Source of the DNA: Malacoraja senta
Taxonomy: Eukaryota
Length of the DNA: 64,000 nt
NCBI GenBank assembly: GCA_038087875.1
Contig: CM075979.1
Span: 39,804,001-39,868,000, forward strand
Direction of reading: 5' to 3'
Position 1 is the stretch's first letter, and each line of letters opens with the position of its first letter. The translations under genes were made by a program, and so were the position numbers. A model generated the notes under the pieces. The model saw nothing but the letters and a program-made list of their open reading frames with translations, made no database searches and was not told where the DNA came from. Below, piece after piece: positions 62,064 through 64,000 of the stretch.

Positions 62064-64000
62064 CTGGTGATAATATCTTCCCTTGTACTGTGCATGAGCA
62101 TGTTGTTGTTGCTGGGGTGGTCGTTGATGTGGGTTGGGTTCGTTCAGATGAAGTTTCAGTGGAAGTTGTGGTTGTGGCTCTCAATGTAGTGACTGGAGTT
62201 GTTGAGGTGGTCAGCAGTGCTTCTGTCTTTGGCATGGTGGAGGCAGTTGTTGTTGGGTTGGATGTTGTTGTGGTGACTGTGGTTGGGGTAGTTGTCGTTG
62301 ATGTTGGTTGGGTTGTTTGCGATGTGGTGGAGGTTGTAGTGATGCTATGTGTAGTGGCTGGAGTAGTGGTGGTGGTGGTTGGTGTAGGTGTAGGTGTAGT
62401 GGTAGTAGATGTTGGTTGGGTTCCTTTTGTCGTCGTTTCAGTGGAGGTTGTAGTGATGCTATGTGTAGTGACTGGAGCTGTTGTGGTGGTGACTGTGGTT
62501 GGTAAGGTGGTGGTTGATGTTGGCTGGGTTCTCTCGGGTGTAGTTTCAGTGGAGGTTGTAGTTGTGGTTCTCAGTGTAGTGACTGGAGTAGTGGTGGTGG
62601 TGGTTGGTGTAGTGGTGGTAGATGTTGGCTGGGTTCCTTTTGTGGTAGTTTCAGTGGAGGTTGTAGTTGTGGTTCTCAGTGTAGTGACTGGAGTAGTGGT
62701 GGTGGTGGTTGGTGTAGTGGTGGTAGATGTTGGCTGGGTTCCTTTTGTGGTAGTTTCAGTGGAGGTTGTAGTTGTGGTGCTATGTGTAGTGACTGGAGCT
62801 GTTGTAATGGTGACTGTTGTCGGTGAGGTGGTGGTTGATGTTGGCTGGGTTCTCTCGGGTGTAGTTTCAGTAGATGTTGTAGTTGTGGTACTATGTGTAG
62901 TGACTGGAGTTGTGGTGGTAGCTGTTGTGGGAGAAGTTGTCGTTGATGTTGGTTGGGTTCTCTCGGGTGTAGTTTTAATGGAGGTTGTAGTTGTGGTTCT
63001 CAGTGTAGTGACTGGAGTTGTTGAGGTGGTCAACAATGCTTCTGTCTTTGGAGCGGTGGAGGCAGTTGGGCTAGATGTTGTAGTGGTGACTGTTGTCGGT
63101 GAGGTGGTCGTTGATGTTGCCTGGGTTCTTTCGGGTGTAGTTTCAGTGGAGGTTGCAGTTGTGGTTCTCAGTGTAGTGACTGGAGTAGTGGTGGTGGTGG
63201 TTGGTGTAGGTGTAGGTGTAGTGGTGGTGGATGTTGGTTGGGTTATTTTTGTCATAGTTTCAGTGGAGGTTGTAGTGATGCTATGTGTAGTGACTGGAGC
63301 TGTTGTGGTGGTGACTGTGGTTGGTAAGGTGGTGGTTGATGTTGGCTGGGTTCTCTCGGGTGTAGTTTCAGTGGAGGTTGTAGTTGTGGTACTATGTGTA
63401 GTGACTGGAGTAGTGGTGGTGGTGGTAGGTGTAGTGGTAGTGGATGTTGGTTGTGTTCTTTTTGTCGTCGTTTCAGTGGAGACTGTAGGTGTGGTGCTAT
63501 GTGTAGTGACTGGAGTAGTGGTGGTTGGTGTAGGTGTAGTGGTAGTGGATGTTGGTTGGGTTCTTTTTGTGGTAGTTTCAGTGGACGTTGTAGTTGTGGT
63601 GCTATGTGTAGTGACTGGAGCTGTTGTAATGGTGACTGTCGTTGGTAAGGTGGTGGTTGATGTTGGTTGGGTTCTTTTTGTGGTCGTTTCAGTGGACGTT
63701 GTAGTTGTAGTTCTCAGTGTGGTGACTGGAGCAGTTGTTGTAGCGGTCTTCTGTGCTGTTGTCATTGGAGGGATAGAGACTGTTCCAGTTGGAATAGAAT
63801 TTGTGGTGGTGGCCGTTGTTATTGCAGAAGTTATCCTCCATGGGGCTCCAGTTTGTGTGGTTGGGGTTGTTTCAAAGCTAAGTGTTGTGCTGGGAACCGT
63901 GGAGGTCTTGGGAGTGCACGGATACACCTGTCGGATTATTGTCCCATTCACACCGCACGTTGCTTTGATGCATCCTCCAATGCCGTCTGTTGTATGGTAG
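62064..64000 (-). CDS. Large PTS exon (partial, runs off window): post-D3 Cys module end (YHTTDGIGGCIKATCGVNGTIIRQVYPC), ~600-aa Thr-rich region with 14 imperfect TQ[P/A]TSTTT-containing repeats, ends CSCTVQGKILSP
   Basis: Open frame, phase-1 donor CAG/GTAAT at 62063. Confidence 0.93.

Larger units (their letters stand above)
520..64000 (-). other. MUC5B-like: Gel-forming mucin gene, MUC5 (MUC5AC/MUC5B)-like, 3' portion; 46 coding exons visible, 5' end beyond window
   Basis: Continuous spliced ORF with GT-AG sites and matching phases: PTS, Cys-module array, VWD (GWGGSHYITFDG), C8, TIL, VWC-type modules and CK with 11 Cys. Segments resemble human MUC5AC/MUC5B as recalled. Exact orthology untested. 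Confidence 0.9.

Noticed and set aside
62090-64000. 636-aa Val-rich plus-strand ORF
   Set aside because: Antisense shadow of Thr (ACN) codons in the PTS exon

Overview
Eukaryotic vertebrate DNA. The repeat content (V-SINE/HE1-type SINEs, CR1 and Penelope fragments) points to a cartilaginous fish, probably a skate or ray (inference). The whole window lies within the 3' part of one minus-strand gel-forming mucin gene of the MUC5 (MUC5AC/MUC5B) type. I spliced a continuous, phase-consistent GT-AG reading frame by hand from the window edge (64000) to the stop at 520. In gene order it encodes: a post-D3 Cys module plus ~600-aa Thr-rich PTS exon; 26 near-identical 213-nt phase-1 exons (one is 219 nt) in strict B/A alternation; one divergent copy; the MUC5B-like single-copy exon; then D4 (VWD, C8, TIL), VWC-type modules and the cystine knot. 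The main novelty is this exon array (26.7-60.3 kb). A 6-Cys module that is single-copy in human MUC5AC/MUC5B is amplified to ~28 copies separated by short Thr-rich linkers, and no CysD domain is visible. The array also holds seven truncated half-exons (possible poison exons), nested higher-order duplications (~4.2, 8.4 and 18.3 kb), a young 3.7-kb L1 with an open ORF2, and a perfect 87-bp palindrome. Introns of the 3' region are rich in TE fragments, including Penelope termini with minimal hammerhead-like motifs. All family assignments are from motif recognition, not database searches.
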